From assembly GCA_934096585.1 (NCBI GenBank), contig CAKOMG010000002.1, positions 71,277 to 135,276 of the forward strand: DNA of 64,000 nt, written 5' to 3'. How positions within the stretch are numbered: position 1 is the stretch's first letter; each line of letters opens with the position of its first letter. Position numbers and translations under genes: made by a program. Source of the stretch: an uncultured Bacilli bacterium. GTDB taxonomy: Bacteria; Bacillota_I; Bacilli_A; ML615J-28; CAG-698. Below, in pieces: positions 18,451-26,947 of the stretch. The notes below the pieces were generated by a model. It ran no database searches. It was not told the origin of the DNA and saw nothing but the letters and a program-made list of their open reading frames with translations.

Positions 18451-18668
18451 AATCAAGAGTTTGGAAAATGGATTGATAATGGTCCAATAGAAACTTTTTT
18501 TAGAACATTAAAAGTGAAACAATATTATATCAATAAATATTATTTAATAGAGTTATTACGACAAGCTATGGAAGAATACATAGAATTTTATAATACAAAA
18601 AGATTGCAAGCAAAATTAAAAGGCTTAACCCGATAGATTATCGAAATCAAGCCTTGATGGTTTATTTA
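18451..18668 (+). mobile_element. 3' remnant of an IS3-family transposase (OrfB C-terminus), frameshifted and 5'-truncated
   Basis: Translates to ...NQEFGKWIDNGPIETFFRTLKVKQYYINKYYLIELLRQAMEEYIEFYNTKRLQAKLKGLTR*. This matches the conserved IS3 integrase tail (...DNAxxESFFGxLKxE...YIxYYNxxRIQxKLxGLSPxxYRxQ). A +1 shift after GLT restores '...PIDYRNQALM'. Confidence 0.6.
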
Positions 18669-18742
18669 ATTTTATTGTTATCTATTTAACAAATATCATC
18701 TCAAAAATTCATTAGACTTAGATTCTAAAAACTTAAGTGTTA

Positions 18743-19462
18743 TTATGACATTAGTTCAATGAGTTTATAATGATATACTGTAACACCATCTTTGTTTGTT
18801 ATTCGTACGTTGTCTCTTGCACTATTAATTGCTATCATCAATTCTTCGCCTTTTAAATTGACAAGATCTGTTTCTTTGAATAATTCACTATTAATAAATT
18901 CCTGAGGACTATTAAATTTTGTGACTTTTACTACTTCAGCAAGAACTGCATCATTAGTTATTGCATCATAATCGGATAGAATACCCAAGTCACTCGCTTC
19001 AACATTATAAAGTTCATCGTAACTTGCTAATACATCAATCATTTTTCCTTCATTTTTTATTTGTATAAATCTATTAGTTTTTATGTGCGTTTTAAAATAA
19101 TGAGGATGAATAAATAAACTTTCATCAACATCTTCGTTTGGATATTTTATGGCATCATCTTGAATACAATTATTAGTATACCACCCCATATAATCAAGTG
19201 AGAAGCTGCCTTCAAAATTTGCTCTTGCCATTATTGTACCCCATACGCGCATACTACAACGTACAGCTTGGCCTGTATTTAAAACAGGAACACAACCACT
19301 ATGGTTTTGATGGGCATCTCCTCCAAAACAATAACCATTGTTACGAATTTCTTGTGCTACAGCATCAACTACTTCATCAGTTAATGGAGCATCAATATAA
19401 TCCGGATCATTCCACCATGTCCATCCTACGACTTTATAAATGATTCTATTCTTTCTTTTCAT
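18743..19462 (-). CDS. hypothetical 239-aa protein
   Basis: Clean ORF, convergent with the IS remnant. N-terminal 'VVGWTWWNDPDY...CFGGDAHQNHSGCVPV' is not assignable by eye. Confidence 0.45.
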   Translation of the reverse strand: MKRKNRIIYKVVGWTWWNDPDYIDAPLTDEVVDAVAQEIRNNGYCFGGDAHQNHSGCVPVLNTGQAVRCSMRVWGTIMARANFEGSFSLDYMGWYTNNCIQDDAIKYPNEDVDESLFIHPHYFKTHIKTNRFIQIKNEGKMIDVLASYDELYNVEASDLGILSDYDAITNDAVLAEVVKVTKFNSPQEFINSELFKETDLVNLKGEELMIAINSARDNVRITNKDGVTVYHYKLIELMS

Positions 19463-19552
19463 AATTAAATATCCTTATAAAACAATGATTTTATTTATAT
19501 TATCATTTATTTTATAATTTGTCAATTAAAATCCTGAAAGCGTATAATTTAT

Positions 19553-19581
19553 TTGACAAATATAATTATATTTAGTATAAT
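19553..19581 (+). promoter_or_regulatory. consensus sigma-A promoter TTGACA-17-TATAAT driving the T-box leader and metNIQ
   Basis: TTGACA at 19553-19558, a 17-nt spacer, TATAAT at 19576-19581. Confidence 0.65.
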
Positions 19582-19587
19582 ACTAGT

Positions 19588-19852
19588 AACATTAATAAAG
19601 ACATTGAAGAGAAGAGTAGTAAATGAAAGTCTTCGTAGAGAGTTCTCGTGTGGTGAAAGAGAATAAGATGGAAGTTTATGAACATGGCCTCTGAGTCAAG
19701 TTTTTGAAATTTAGTAGGAAACTTCGGTATTGCCCGTTATAGCAATAAAGCTTGATTGAGCTTGAAATAGGCAAAAGTTATACTTTTGTGAACAAGGTTG
19801 GTACCACGTGATTATTATCTCGTCCTTTTTATATAAGGACGAGATTTTTTTT
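19588..19852 (+). promoter_or_regulatory. T-box riboswitch leader (candidate Met specifier AUG at 19668-19670) with terminator/antiterminator
   Basis: Stem-I-like AGAGA and GUGA elements. Conserved T-box sequence AACAAGGTTGGTACCACGTG at 19791-19810 (consensus AAUUAGGGUGGUACCGCG). It is immediately followed by an intrinsic terminator, CTCGTCCTT (19819-19827) pairing with AAGGACGAG (19835-19843) plus T8. Downstream genes are a methionine ABC importer. Confidence 0.7.
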
Positions 19853-19861
19853 GGAGGAAGT

Positions 19862-20833
19862 ATGGAAAAAATATTAGAAATTAAAAAATTAAAAAAACAA
19901 TTTAAAGATAACATTATATTAAATGACATAAATTTAGAGGTTACAAAACAAGATATTTATGGAATACTAGGATTATCAGGTGCAGGAAAATCAACATTAA
20001 TCAGATGCATTTGTGGATTAGAAAAAATAAATGATGGAGAAATATTGTTTGAAGGTAAGAAGGTCAATTTTGATAGTTCTTATCATCGCAATGTTTCTAT
20101 GATTTTTCAATCATTCAATTTGCTTGATCAAAGAACTGTTCTTAAAAATGTTGAAATAGCAGGTGAATTGATTCATGATAAAAATAGAAAAGAAAAAGCA
20201 TTAAAGTTTTTAGAGGTAGTTGGTTTAAAAGAAAAGATTAATGAATATCCTTCTAGTTTGTCAGGTGGAGAAAAACAAAGAGTTGCGATAGCTAGAGCCT
20301 TAATGACTAATCCTAAAATCCTTCTTTGTGATGAAGCAACATCCGCATTAGATCCAGAAACCACATCACAAATACTTGAACTATTAAAAAAATTAAATAA
20401 AAAATATGATTTAACTATTATTATGATTTCTCATCAAATTAATGTTATTGAACAAATATGTAATAAAGTGGCAATTTTAGATCATGCCAAGATTGTGGAA
20501 AAAGGAAACATTCAGGATGTGTTTATGATGCCAAAAACTGATATTGCGAAAAAAATAATATATAAAGGTCATATAAATACTGATTTAAGTGCAGGAAAGT
20601 TTATAAAAATATTTTTTCATGGAGAAATTGATAGTCCAATAGTTGCTGAAATGATTCATGAATGTAATGTGATAGTATCAATAATCTTTGCAGATTCAAG
20701 AGTTGTTGATAATAAAATATATGGTCAATTAGTTTTAAAAGTTCCAAATGATATAAGTTATCAAAAAATATTAGCTTATTTGAAATTAAAAGGTATTGAT
20801 TATGAAGAGGTGATAAATTATGAATTTAAGTGA
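19862..20833 (+). CDS. metN: methionine ABC transporter ATP-binding protein with C-terminal NIL domain
   Basis: Walker A GLSGAGKST, signature LSGGEKQRVAIARAL and Walker B LLCDEATSALD. The C-terminal approximately 100 aa is NIL-like. Start set to ATG 19862 after GGAGG; the track start at 19808 lies inside the T-box terminator. Confidence 0.85.
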   Translation: MEKILEIKKLKKQFKDNIILNDINLEVTKQDIYGILGLSGAGKSTLIRCICGLEKINDGEILFEGKKVNFDSSYHRNVSMIFQSFNLLDQRTVLKNVEIAGELIHDKNRKEKALKFLEVVGLKEKINEYPSSLSGGEKQRVAIARALMTNPKILLCDEATSALDPETTSQILELLKKLNKKYDLTIIMISHQINVIEQICNKVAILDHAKIVEKGNIQDVFMMPKTDIAKKIIYKGHINTDLSAGKFIKIFFHGEIDSPIVAEMIHECNVIVSIIFADSRVVDNKIYGQLVLKVPNDISYQKILAYLKLKGIDYEEVINYEFK

Positions 20834-21485
20834 AATCATGAAGTTGCTTATGGAAACTTTATTAATGGTGTTTATTTCAACGTGTATTACTTATTTATTG
20901 GGTTTACCACTTGGACTAATTCTATCAATTACTTCGAAAAAAGGAATTGCACCAAATAAAGTTGTTAATTTAATTTTGAGTACAATTGTAAATATATTGC
21001 GTTCAATTCCTTGTCTAATAGTTGTTGTTTTAACAATACCATTTGTCAGAGGATTATTTGGTGTAGGTACAGGAAAGTGGTATACAATTATAGTACCGCT
21101 AATAATCACGTCAGTTGGTTTTGTTGCAAGAATGATAGAACAATCTTTAAGAGAAGTAGATTATGGAAAAATAGAAGCAATTAAATCGTTAGGCGCCACA
21201 AATATGCAAATAGTTACAAAAGTATTAATACCGGAAGCTAGAGCATCATTAATAGGTGGAATTGCGGTTGTAATGGTTTCAATTATTGGCTATACATCGT
21301 TTGCATATAATATTGGCGCAGGAGGGATTATTGCGGAAATATGGCAGTTTTATTCAAAACATACAGGTAATTATTTAAACGAACCTGTATTTTGGATATT
21401 AATTGTTATTATTATAATTTTAGTTTGGACAATACAAGAGTTGGGATTATTTATTTCAAAAAAATTAGATAAAAGGAGATATTAA
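20820..21485 (+). CDS. metI: methionine ABC transporter permease
   Basis: 5-TM permease with an EAA-like loop (IEAIKSLGATNMQIVTKVLIPEA). Overlaps the metN stop. Confidence 0.85.
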   Translation: MNLSEIMKLLMETLLMVFISTCITYLLGLPLGLILSITSKKGIAPNKVVNLILSTIVNILRSIPCLIVVVLTIPFVRGLFGVGTGKWYTIIVPLIITSVGFVARMIEQSLREVDYGKIEAIKSLGATNMQIVTKVLIPEARASLIGGIAVVMVSIIGYTSFAYNIGAGGIIAEIWQFYSKHTGNYLNEPVFWILIVIIIILVWTIQELGLFISKKLDKRRY

Positions 21486-21486
21486 A

Positions 21487-22320
21487 ATGAAAAAAAGTTT
21501 AAAAGTTTTAGTTGTTTTTGTATTATTATTTATTTCGTTATTTACGCTTTGTAGTTGTAAAAATGATGAAAGTGTTATCCGTGTATGCGCTAGTGAATTA
21601 CCACACGCAGATATTTTGAATAATATAGTTAAAGAAAAGTTAAAAGAAAAAGGTTATACATTAGAAGTTACAGTGTTGGATTGGACAATGCAAAATGATT
21701 CAGTTGCTAACAAAGATTATGATGCTAATTACTTTCAACATATTCCATATTTGAACACATATCAAGGTAAAACAAAATTAAAGGCAACGTGTAAAGTTCA
21801 TTATGAACAATTAGGTATTTATTATGGTAAGAAAAATATTTCTCTTCTTGATGGAAAAACTTTTGCAATTTGTAATGATGAATCAAATGCAATTCGTGCA
21901 CTAAATTTACTATTTAGTAAAGGTGTAATAAGCGAACTTCCTGTGAATAATGATCATTTATCATTTAATGGTAATACTTGGACTGCAAGTAATGGCGTTA
22001 CTATTACTTTAATCGACGAAGGTCTTTTAGCAGCCGCGCTTAACGATTATGATTTTGCATGTCTACCTTGCAATACAGCTTATACAGGAAACATAAGCAA
22101 TGACAGAATTGTTGGGGTAGAAGATGATAAAGACCTTGTAGTCAAAAATGCTAATGTATTAGCTGTAAGAGAAGATGATTATAACAATGATTTGGCATAT
22201 AAAGAAAAAATTGATATTTTGACAAATATATTATTATCAAGTGATGTTTCTGACTATGTTAAAGCTAAATATGGACAAATTATTACTTGTAATGCAACAA
22301 CACAAATTGATTTAAGATAA
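21487..22320 (+). CDS. metQ: MetQ/NlpA-family substrate-binding lipoprotein
   Basis: Signal peptide with lipobox LCSC; NlpA-like periplasmic binding fold. Operon position after metNI. Confidence 0.8.
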   Translation: MKKSLKVLVVFVLLFISLFTLCSCKNDESVIRVCASELPHADILNNIVKEKLKEKGYTLEVTVLDWTMQNDSVANKDYDANYFQHIPYLNTYQGKTKLKATCKVHYEQLGIYYGKKNISLLDGKTFAICNDESNAIRALNLLFSKGVISELPVNNDHLSFNGNTWTASNGVTITLIDEGLLAAALNDYDFACLPCNTAYTGNISNDRIVGVEDDKDLVVKNANVLAVREDDYNNDLAYKEKIDILTNILLSSDVSDYVKAKYGQIITCNATTQIDLR

Positions 22321-22398
22321 AGTCCTTTTCTTATTATATATGGTATTGACAATATGTTGATCAAGTGATAATATTTATAGTACATGAGGTTAATAATT

Positions 22399-22644
22399 AT
22401 GAATAGTAATATAGGATTTGATATTGACAAATTACATACAACTGAACTGGGAAAAATAAGAATTGCAAACAATTTAAAAATTTCAAGTGATGTTGTCACA
22501 TATTGTAAGAATCTTATTCAAAATACAAAAATGACTATATATAAAAAAGGAAAAAACTGGTACTGCGAAAACAATAAATTAATAATTACTATAAATTCTT
22601 ATAACTACACAATTATTACAGCACATAAAAAGGAGAACAAATGA
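22399..22644 (+). CDS. DUF3781-like small protein
   Basis: 'IDKLHTTELGKIRIANNL...KGKNWYCENNKLIITINSYNYTIITAHK' matches the remembered DUF3781 pattern (ihTTelG..RI..NL...KNWY....iTvNa.SyTiITAHK). RBS GAGG before ATG 22399. Confidence 0.5.
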   Translation: MNSNIGFDIDKLHTTELGKIRIANNLKISSDVVTYCKNLIQNTKMTIYKKGKNWYCENNKLIITINSYNYTIITAHKKENK

Positions 22645-23438
22645 AACAAAGAAGAGTAGTTTTAATAACAGGAGAAACTCGTGGATTTGGTTTTGAAATG
22701 GCTAAACTATTTATAAATAATAACGATATAGTTTGTGGATTCTCTAGAAATGAATTTAACTATCTAAACATTTATCATCAAGTTGGAGATATATCAAAAG
22801 AAGAAGATTGTAAAAGGTGTGTTTTGAATATAATAGACAAATATAAAAGAATAGATGTTTTAATAAATAATGCAGGTTTTGGAATATTTGGCCCAGTTGA
22901 AGAAACTACGCTTCAACAAGCTAAGAAGCAAATTGATGTCACTTTTTTAGGATCTTTTTTAATGGCTAAGGAAGTTTTGCCATTTATGAGAAAACAAAAA
23001 AATGGAAGAATTATTAATATTTCAAGTATTGGTGGTGTGGTGCCTCTACCATATCAAGCTTTTTATTCAGCAAGTAAATGTGCAATGGATATATTATTTG
23101 ATGCTTTAAGAGCAGAAGTATATCCTTATCATATTCAAATTACTAGCGTAAAACCTGGCGATAGTTGTACAAGCTTTACACAAAATAGAGAAAGTAAAAT
23201 AAGTGGTGATTCTGTTTATAAAGAATCGTTTGAAAGAAACTTAAAGAATGTAAGTAACGATGAACAAAAAGGTTTTAAACCAATAAAAGTAGCGAAAAAA
23301 GTATTAAATATATCCAAAAAAAGAAAAGCACCATATTCTGTTAAGGTAGGCAATAAAGATAAGTTTTTGAGCGTATTATTTAAAATATTACCAAAAAGGA
23401 TAAGAAATTATTTACTTTATAAAATATATGCAAAATAA
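22641..23438 (+). CDS. short-chain dehydrogenase/reductase (SDR) family oxidoreductase
   Basis: N-terminal 'VVLITGETRGFGFEMA' (TGxxxGxG), 'NNAG', and the catalytic 'YSASKCA' (YxxxK). Confidence 0.8.
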   Translation: MKQRRVVLITGETRGFGFEMAKLFINNNDIVCGFSRNEFNYLNIYHQVGDISKEEDCKRCVLNIIDKYKRIDVLINNAGFGIFGPVEETTLQQAKKQIDVTFLGSFLMAKEVLPFMRKQKNGRIINISSIGGVVPLPYQAFYSASKCAMDILFDALRAEVYPYHIQITSVKPGDSCTSFTQNRESKISGDSVYKESFERNLKNVSNDEQKGFKPIKVAKKVLNISKKRKAPYSVKVGNKDKFLSVLFKILPKRIRNYLLYKIYAK

Positions 23439-23465
23439 TTACTTTCTTATATATTAAAAAAGAAA

Positions 23466-23490
23466 AGAGCACTAGTTAGTGCTCTTTATG
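23466..23490. terminator. bidirectional intrinsic terminator between the convergent SDR and hbd-like genes
   Basis: AGAGCACT-AGTT-AGTGCTCT is a perfect 8-bp stem. An A-run lies 5' and a T-run 3'. Confidence 0.6.
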
Positions 23491-23493
23491 TTT

Positions 23494-24444
23494 TTATTTG
23501 TTATACTTATAAAAGCCTTCGCCTGAAGACATTCCAAGTTTTCCTTGATCAATGTATCCTTTTAACATTTTTTCCATACCTTTGAAGTTATATGGTGCTA
23601 AGAATGAAGGAATTTTAACATACATTGAAACAATATTATATGCTGTTTTTAATCCTACTGTATCTAAAATTTGGAATGGTCCTTTTGGCGCACCAGTGCC
23701 TAGTGTCCAAGCTTTATCAATGCTTTCTGGGTCAGAGATTCCATTTACATATAAATCCATGCCTGAGAAAAGAAGAGGTACTAGCATAGAGTTTAATAAA
23801 TAACCTGATTTTTCTTTTAAAACTGGTAGAGGAATCATGCGAATTTCTTTAGCAAAATTCATTACATCATCAAAATATTGTTTATCAGTTTTAGCTTGTG
23901 ACATTACTTCAGTCATATTGTTTTTCCAAATTGAGTTAGCAAAATGTAAAGATAAATATTTATCAGGTCTTCCTGTATATTTAGCAAATTTTGAAGGAAG
24001 AAGTGTTGAAGAATTTGTAACGATAACAGTTTTTTCTGGTAATAAACCAGCTAGTTTTTTATAAAAAGATATTTTTTCTTCAACGTTTTCTGCCATAGAT
24101 TCAATAATTAAATCAGCATCTTTAACTGCTTTTGCCATGTCTAATTCTAATTTTATTGATTTATAGGCATTTTCTGATTTCTGTAAACATTCATCTTTAT
24201 TAAATGTATCGTATTCAGCAATACCTCTGCACCAATTTGTTGGTGTTTGACCTTCTGGCGTTGACATTAGTTCAATTGTTTTTGCGTATACTTCTCTTAA
24301 ATTGTCAAGCTTTGGTTGAGTTCTGCCAACACTACTTTCGCTACGTAACCAAATAGTTACATCAAAACCGCAATATGCTGCTTGATAAGCAATCTGGCTT
24401 CCTAATACGCCGCCACCAGCAACTACTATTTTTTTAAATTCCAT
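23494..24444 (-). CDS. 3-hydroxyacyl-CoA / 3-hydroxybutyryl-CoA dehydrogenase family protein
   Basis: Rossmann 'KIVVAGGGVLGSQIAYQAA'. Middle 'NSSTLLPS' and C-terminal 'SSGEGFYKYNK' parallel Hbd ('NTSSL...GRKSGKGFYDY'). Confidence 0.75.
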   Translation of the reverse strand: MEFKKIVVAGGGVLGSQIAYQAAYCGFDVTIWLRSESSVGRTQPKLDNLREVYAKTIELMSTPEGQTPTNWCRGIAEYDTFNKDECLQKSENAYKSIKLELDMAKAVKDADLIIESMAENVEEKISFYKKLAGLLPEKTVIVTNSSTLLPSKFAKYTGRPDKYLSLHFANSIWKNNMTEVMSQAKTDKQYFDDVMNFAKEIRMIPLPVLKEKSGYLLNSMLVPLLFSGMDLYVNGISDPESIDKAWTLGTGAPKGPFQILDTVGLKTAYNIVSMYVKIPSFLAPYNFKGMEKMLKGYIDQGKLGMSSGEGFYKYNK

Positions 24445-24703
24445 AGTTATTAACCTCCTTATATAAAATTTAAAATCATTTTATTTTATCATATTTCCTT
24501 AATGTTTTCAACAAATATCATAAAAATAGAATGAACCAATTTTGTAAAAAAGGGTATAAAACTATATGTGTTTGTAATAATATTAATAATAAAGCAAATA
24601 ATAATTAAATAAAAACTTCCTATTTTTAGCATTTATTTATATTTAATTTATAAATGTTTTGTAAATAAAAATGCTTTCATAGATTAAGCGGTTTTAGCAA
24701 ATA

Positions 24704-24732
24704 TTGACTTTTCAGCATATTTAGTGTATAAT
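24704..24732 (+). promoter_or_regulatory. sigma-A promoter TTGACT-17-TATAAT for the lipoprotein-apbE-rnf operon
   Basis: TTGACT at 24704-24709, a 17-nt spacer, TATAAT at 24727-24732. Confidence 0.55.
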
Positions 24733-24785
24733 ATATATTGCTTGAAATGAAAGCTATAATCAAATTATGAAAGGAAGAATTTAAA

Positions 24786-25841
24786 ATGAAAAAATTTATT
24801 AAAGCTTTAACTTGCTTAGTTTTTGCTTTACTAGTTTGTGTTACATTAACAGCTTGTAAAAAATCTCCTGTTGATTACAAATTAGGTATGGGTGTAGAAG
24901 TAAGCTTGGCTTCATCAAAAGAAGCTGCTGGACAAGTTGATGCAACTGTTGCTGCAGTTTTATTAGACAAAGACGGAAAAATTGTTTCTTGCCGTTTAGA
25001 TGCTGTACAAAACAAAGCTACTTTAGCTGATGGTGTTTACACTGTAACTAACTTAAAGACTAAGAGAGAATTAGGTGATGATTATGGTATGGCTAAATAT
25101 GGCAAAAATATGGATATGAATGGTGATGGCGTTGTTAAAGAATGGTATGACCAAGCTAACGCTTTTGAAAACTATGTAGTTGGAATGACTGCTGAAGAAG
25201 TTAAAAATATTAAAACTTCTGCAAATGCTCATGGATATCAAATGGCTACTGATAAAGCATTATTAAATGCTGGATGTACAATTCAAATCACTGATTTCAT
25301 CGCTGCTGTTTACAAAGCTTGTACTGATGAACAAGGTCAAACTTTCCAAGAACAAGCAGATGCAGCATTAAAATTAGGTGTTACTGCTATATCAACTGTT
25401 GATTCATCTTCTAAAAATGCTACTGATGAAGCAGCAGGAGCATTAAATATGTATTCTGATTTCGCTGCTACAGTTGTTTTAAATGACAAAATTGTTGCTT
25501 GCTTAAATGATGCAATCCAACCTAAAATTGCATTTGATAAAAAAGGAGTTACTACTGCTACATTTAAAGATACTAAACGTTGCTTAAAAGAAGATTACAA
25601 TATGGCAAAATATGGTGCTGATAATAATGGTGACGGAATAGTTAAAGAATGGTATGAACAATCTGCTGCATTTTCTAAATATGTTTTAGGTATGACTGCT
25701 GATCAAGTTAAAAACTTAGAAACTAAAGAAGTTAATGCTCATCAAATTTCTACTGATGAAGTATTATTAAAAGCAGGATGCACTATGCAAATTACTGGTA
25801 TTAAAGCTGTAGTTGCAAAAGCTGTTGCAAATGCAAGATAA
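24786..25841 (+). CDS. lipoprotein built from two internal repeats of about 150 aa; unknown family; first gene of the ApbE/Rnf operon
   Basis: Lipobox LTAC. Repeat 1 '...DDYGMAKYGKNMDMNGDGVVKEWYDQANAFENYVVGMTAEEVKNIKT...LLNAGCTIQIT' and repeat 2 '...EDYNMAKYGADNNGDGIVKEWYEQSAAFSKYVLGMTADQVKNLETK...LLKAGCTMQIT'. No canonical S-G-A-T flavinylation motif. Confidence 0.6.
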   Translation: MKKFIKALTCLVFALLVCVTLTACKKSPVDYKLGMGVEVSLASSKEAAGQVDATVAAVLLDKDGKIVSCRLDAVQNKATLADGVYTVTNLKTKRELGDDYGMAKYGKNMDMNGDGVVKEWYDQANAFENYVVGMTAEEVKNIKTSANAHGYQMATDKALLNAGCTIQITDFIAAVYKACTDEQGQTFQEQADAALKLGVTAISTVDSSSKNATDEAAGALNMYSDFAATVVLNDKIVACLNDAIQPKIAFDKKGVTTATFKDTKRCLKEDYNMAKYGADNNGDGIVKEWYEQSAAFSKYVLGMTADQVKNLETKEVNAHQISTDEVLLKAGCTMQITGIKAVVAKAVANAR

Positions 25842-25859
25842 AATAATTGGACAAGCTAG

Positions 25860-26933
25860 ATGAATAACTTTTTGTCAAAGTGCAAAAAAATATTTGGTCT
25901 GTGCTTAATCTTCGGGCAACTCATTTGTTTAACGGGTTGCTCGAATTTTTTTCATAAGGAAATAAAACCTTGGGGTAAAATGTATTTCACTTTTTTTGAT
26001 ACTGTGAGTAATATTTATAGTTATGCCGGTGACGATGAAAATACATTTAATGAAAACTGTGATGTGGCCGCAAATATTTTAGAAGAATATCATAAACTCT
26101 TTGATATTTATCATGAATACTCAGGCGTTGTAAACTTGTGTACAGTAAATAAAAATGCTGGTGGTGAACCTCAAAAAGTAGATGATAAATTGATTACATT
26201 TCTTGAGTATACGAAGGAATTATATACTCTTACTAATGGAAAAATGAATGTTATGTTAGGTGCAGTTTTGAAGCCTTGGCATGATGCTCGAGAAGAAGCA
26301 TCGAACAATCCTCAAAATGCCAAGCTTCCGGATATGACTGTTTTACAAGAAGCATCAGAACATACAAGTATAGATTTACTGGAAATAGATAAAGTTAATA
26401 AAACGGTTAGAATTAGTGATGCTTTTGCATCAATTGATGTTGGAGCTGTTGGCAAGGGCTATGCAACTGAACAAGCTGCACAAGCATTAATTAAAAAAGG
26501 TTGTAGTAGTTATGTTTTAAATATCGGTGGGAATATTAGAATTATTGGAACAAAAGTTGATGGTAGTGGGTGGATTACAGGCATTAAAGATCCATTAAAC
26601 TCGGACTCTAGATATGCTATGTATCTTGAACTTGCTGATACATCATGTGTTACATCAGGAACTTATGAAAGATATTTTACAGTTAATAATAAAAAATATC
26701 ATCATATTATTGATTCAGAAACACTTATGCCAGCGGATTACTTTAGTTCAATATCTATTATTACTAAAGATAGTGGTTTAGCTGATGCTTTATCTACAGC
26801 TTTATTTTGTATGAGTTATGAAGAAGGTAAAGCTTTAATTGAAAAAATAAAAGATGTTGATGTGTTGTGGATTTATAATGATGGCACACAAAAATACACA
26901 TCGGGAATCAAACCTATAAAACAAGAAAAATAA
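25860..26933 (+). CDS. apbE: FAD:protein FMN transferase (ApbE/Ftp family), lipoprotein
   Basis: Lipobox LTGC. 'IDVGAVGKGYATE' is the DxGAxAKGY motif; the C-terminal 'ADALSTALF' is also present. Confidence 0.85.
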   Translation: MNNFLSKCKKIFGLCLIFGQLICLTGCSNFFHKEIKPWGKMYFTFFDTVSNIYSYAGDDENTFNENCDVAANILEEYHKLFDIYHEYSGVVNLCTVNKNAGGEPQKVDDKLITFLEYTKELYTLTNGKMNVMLGAVLKPWHDAREEASNNPQNAKLPDMTVLQEASEHTSIDLLEIDKVNKTVRISDAFASIDVGAVGKGYATEQAAQALIKKGCSSYVLNIGGNIRIIGTKVDGSGWITGIKDPLNSDSRYAMYLELADTSCVTSGTYERYFTVNNKKYHHIIDSETLMPADYFSSISIITKDSGLADALSTALFCMSYEEGKALIEKIKDVDVLWIYNDGTQKYTSGIKPIKQEK

Positions 26934-26947
26934 TTTAGGAGGAAATA

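Noticed and set aside
19808-19861. Track start of metN at 19808 (MIIISSFLYKDEIFFGG...)
   Set aside because: These codons overlap the T-box terminator hairpin and T-run. A GGAGG RBS precedes the ATG at 19862, which begins the conserved ABC N-terminus. Similar N-terminal over-extensions were trimmed for the 10484, 22384, 32617, 41006, 42915, 45314, 53899, 56146, 57229 and 58583 track ORFs.
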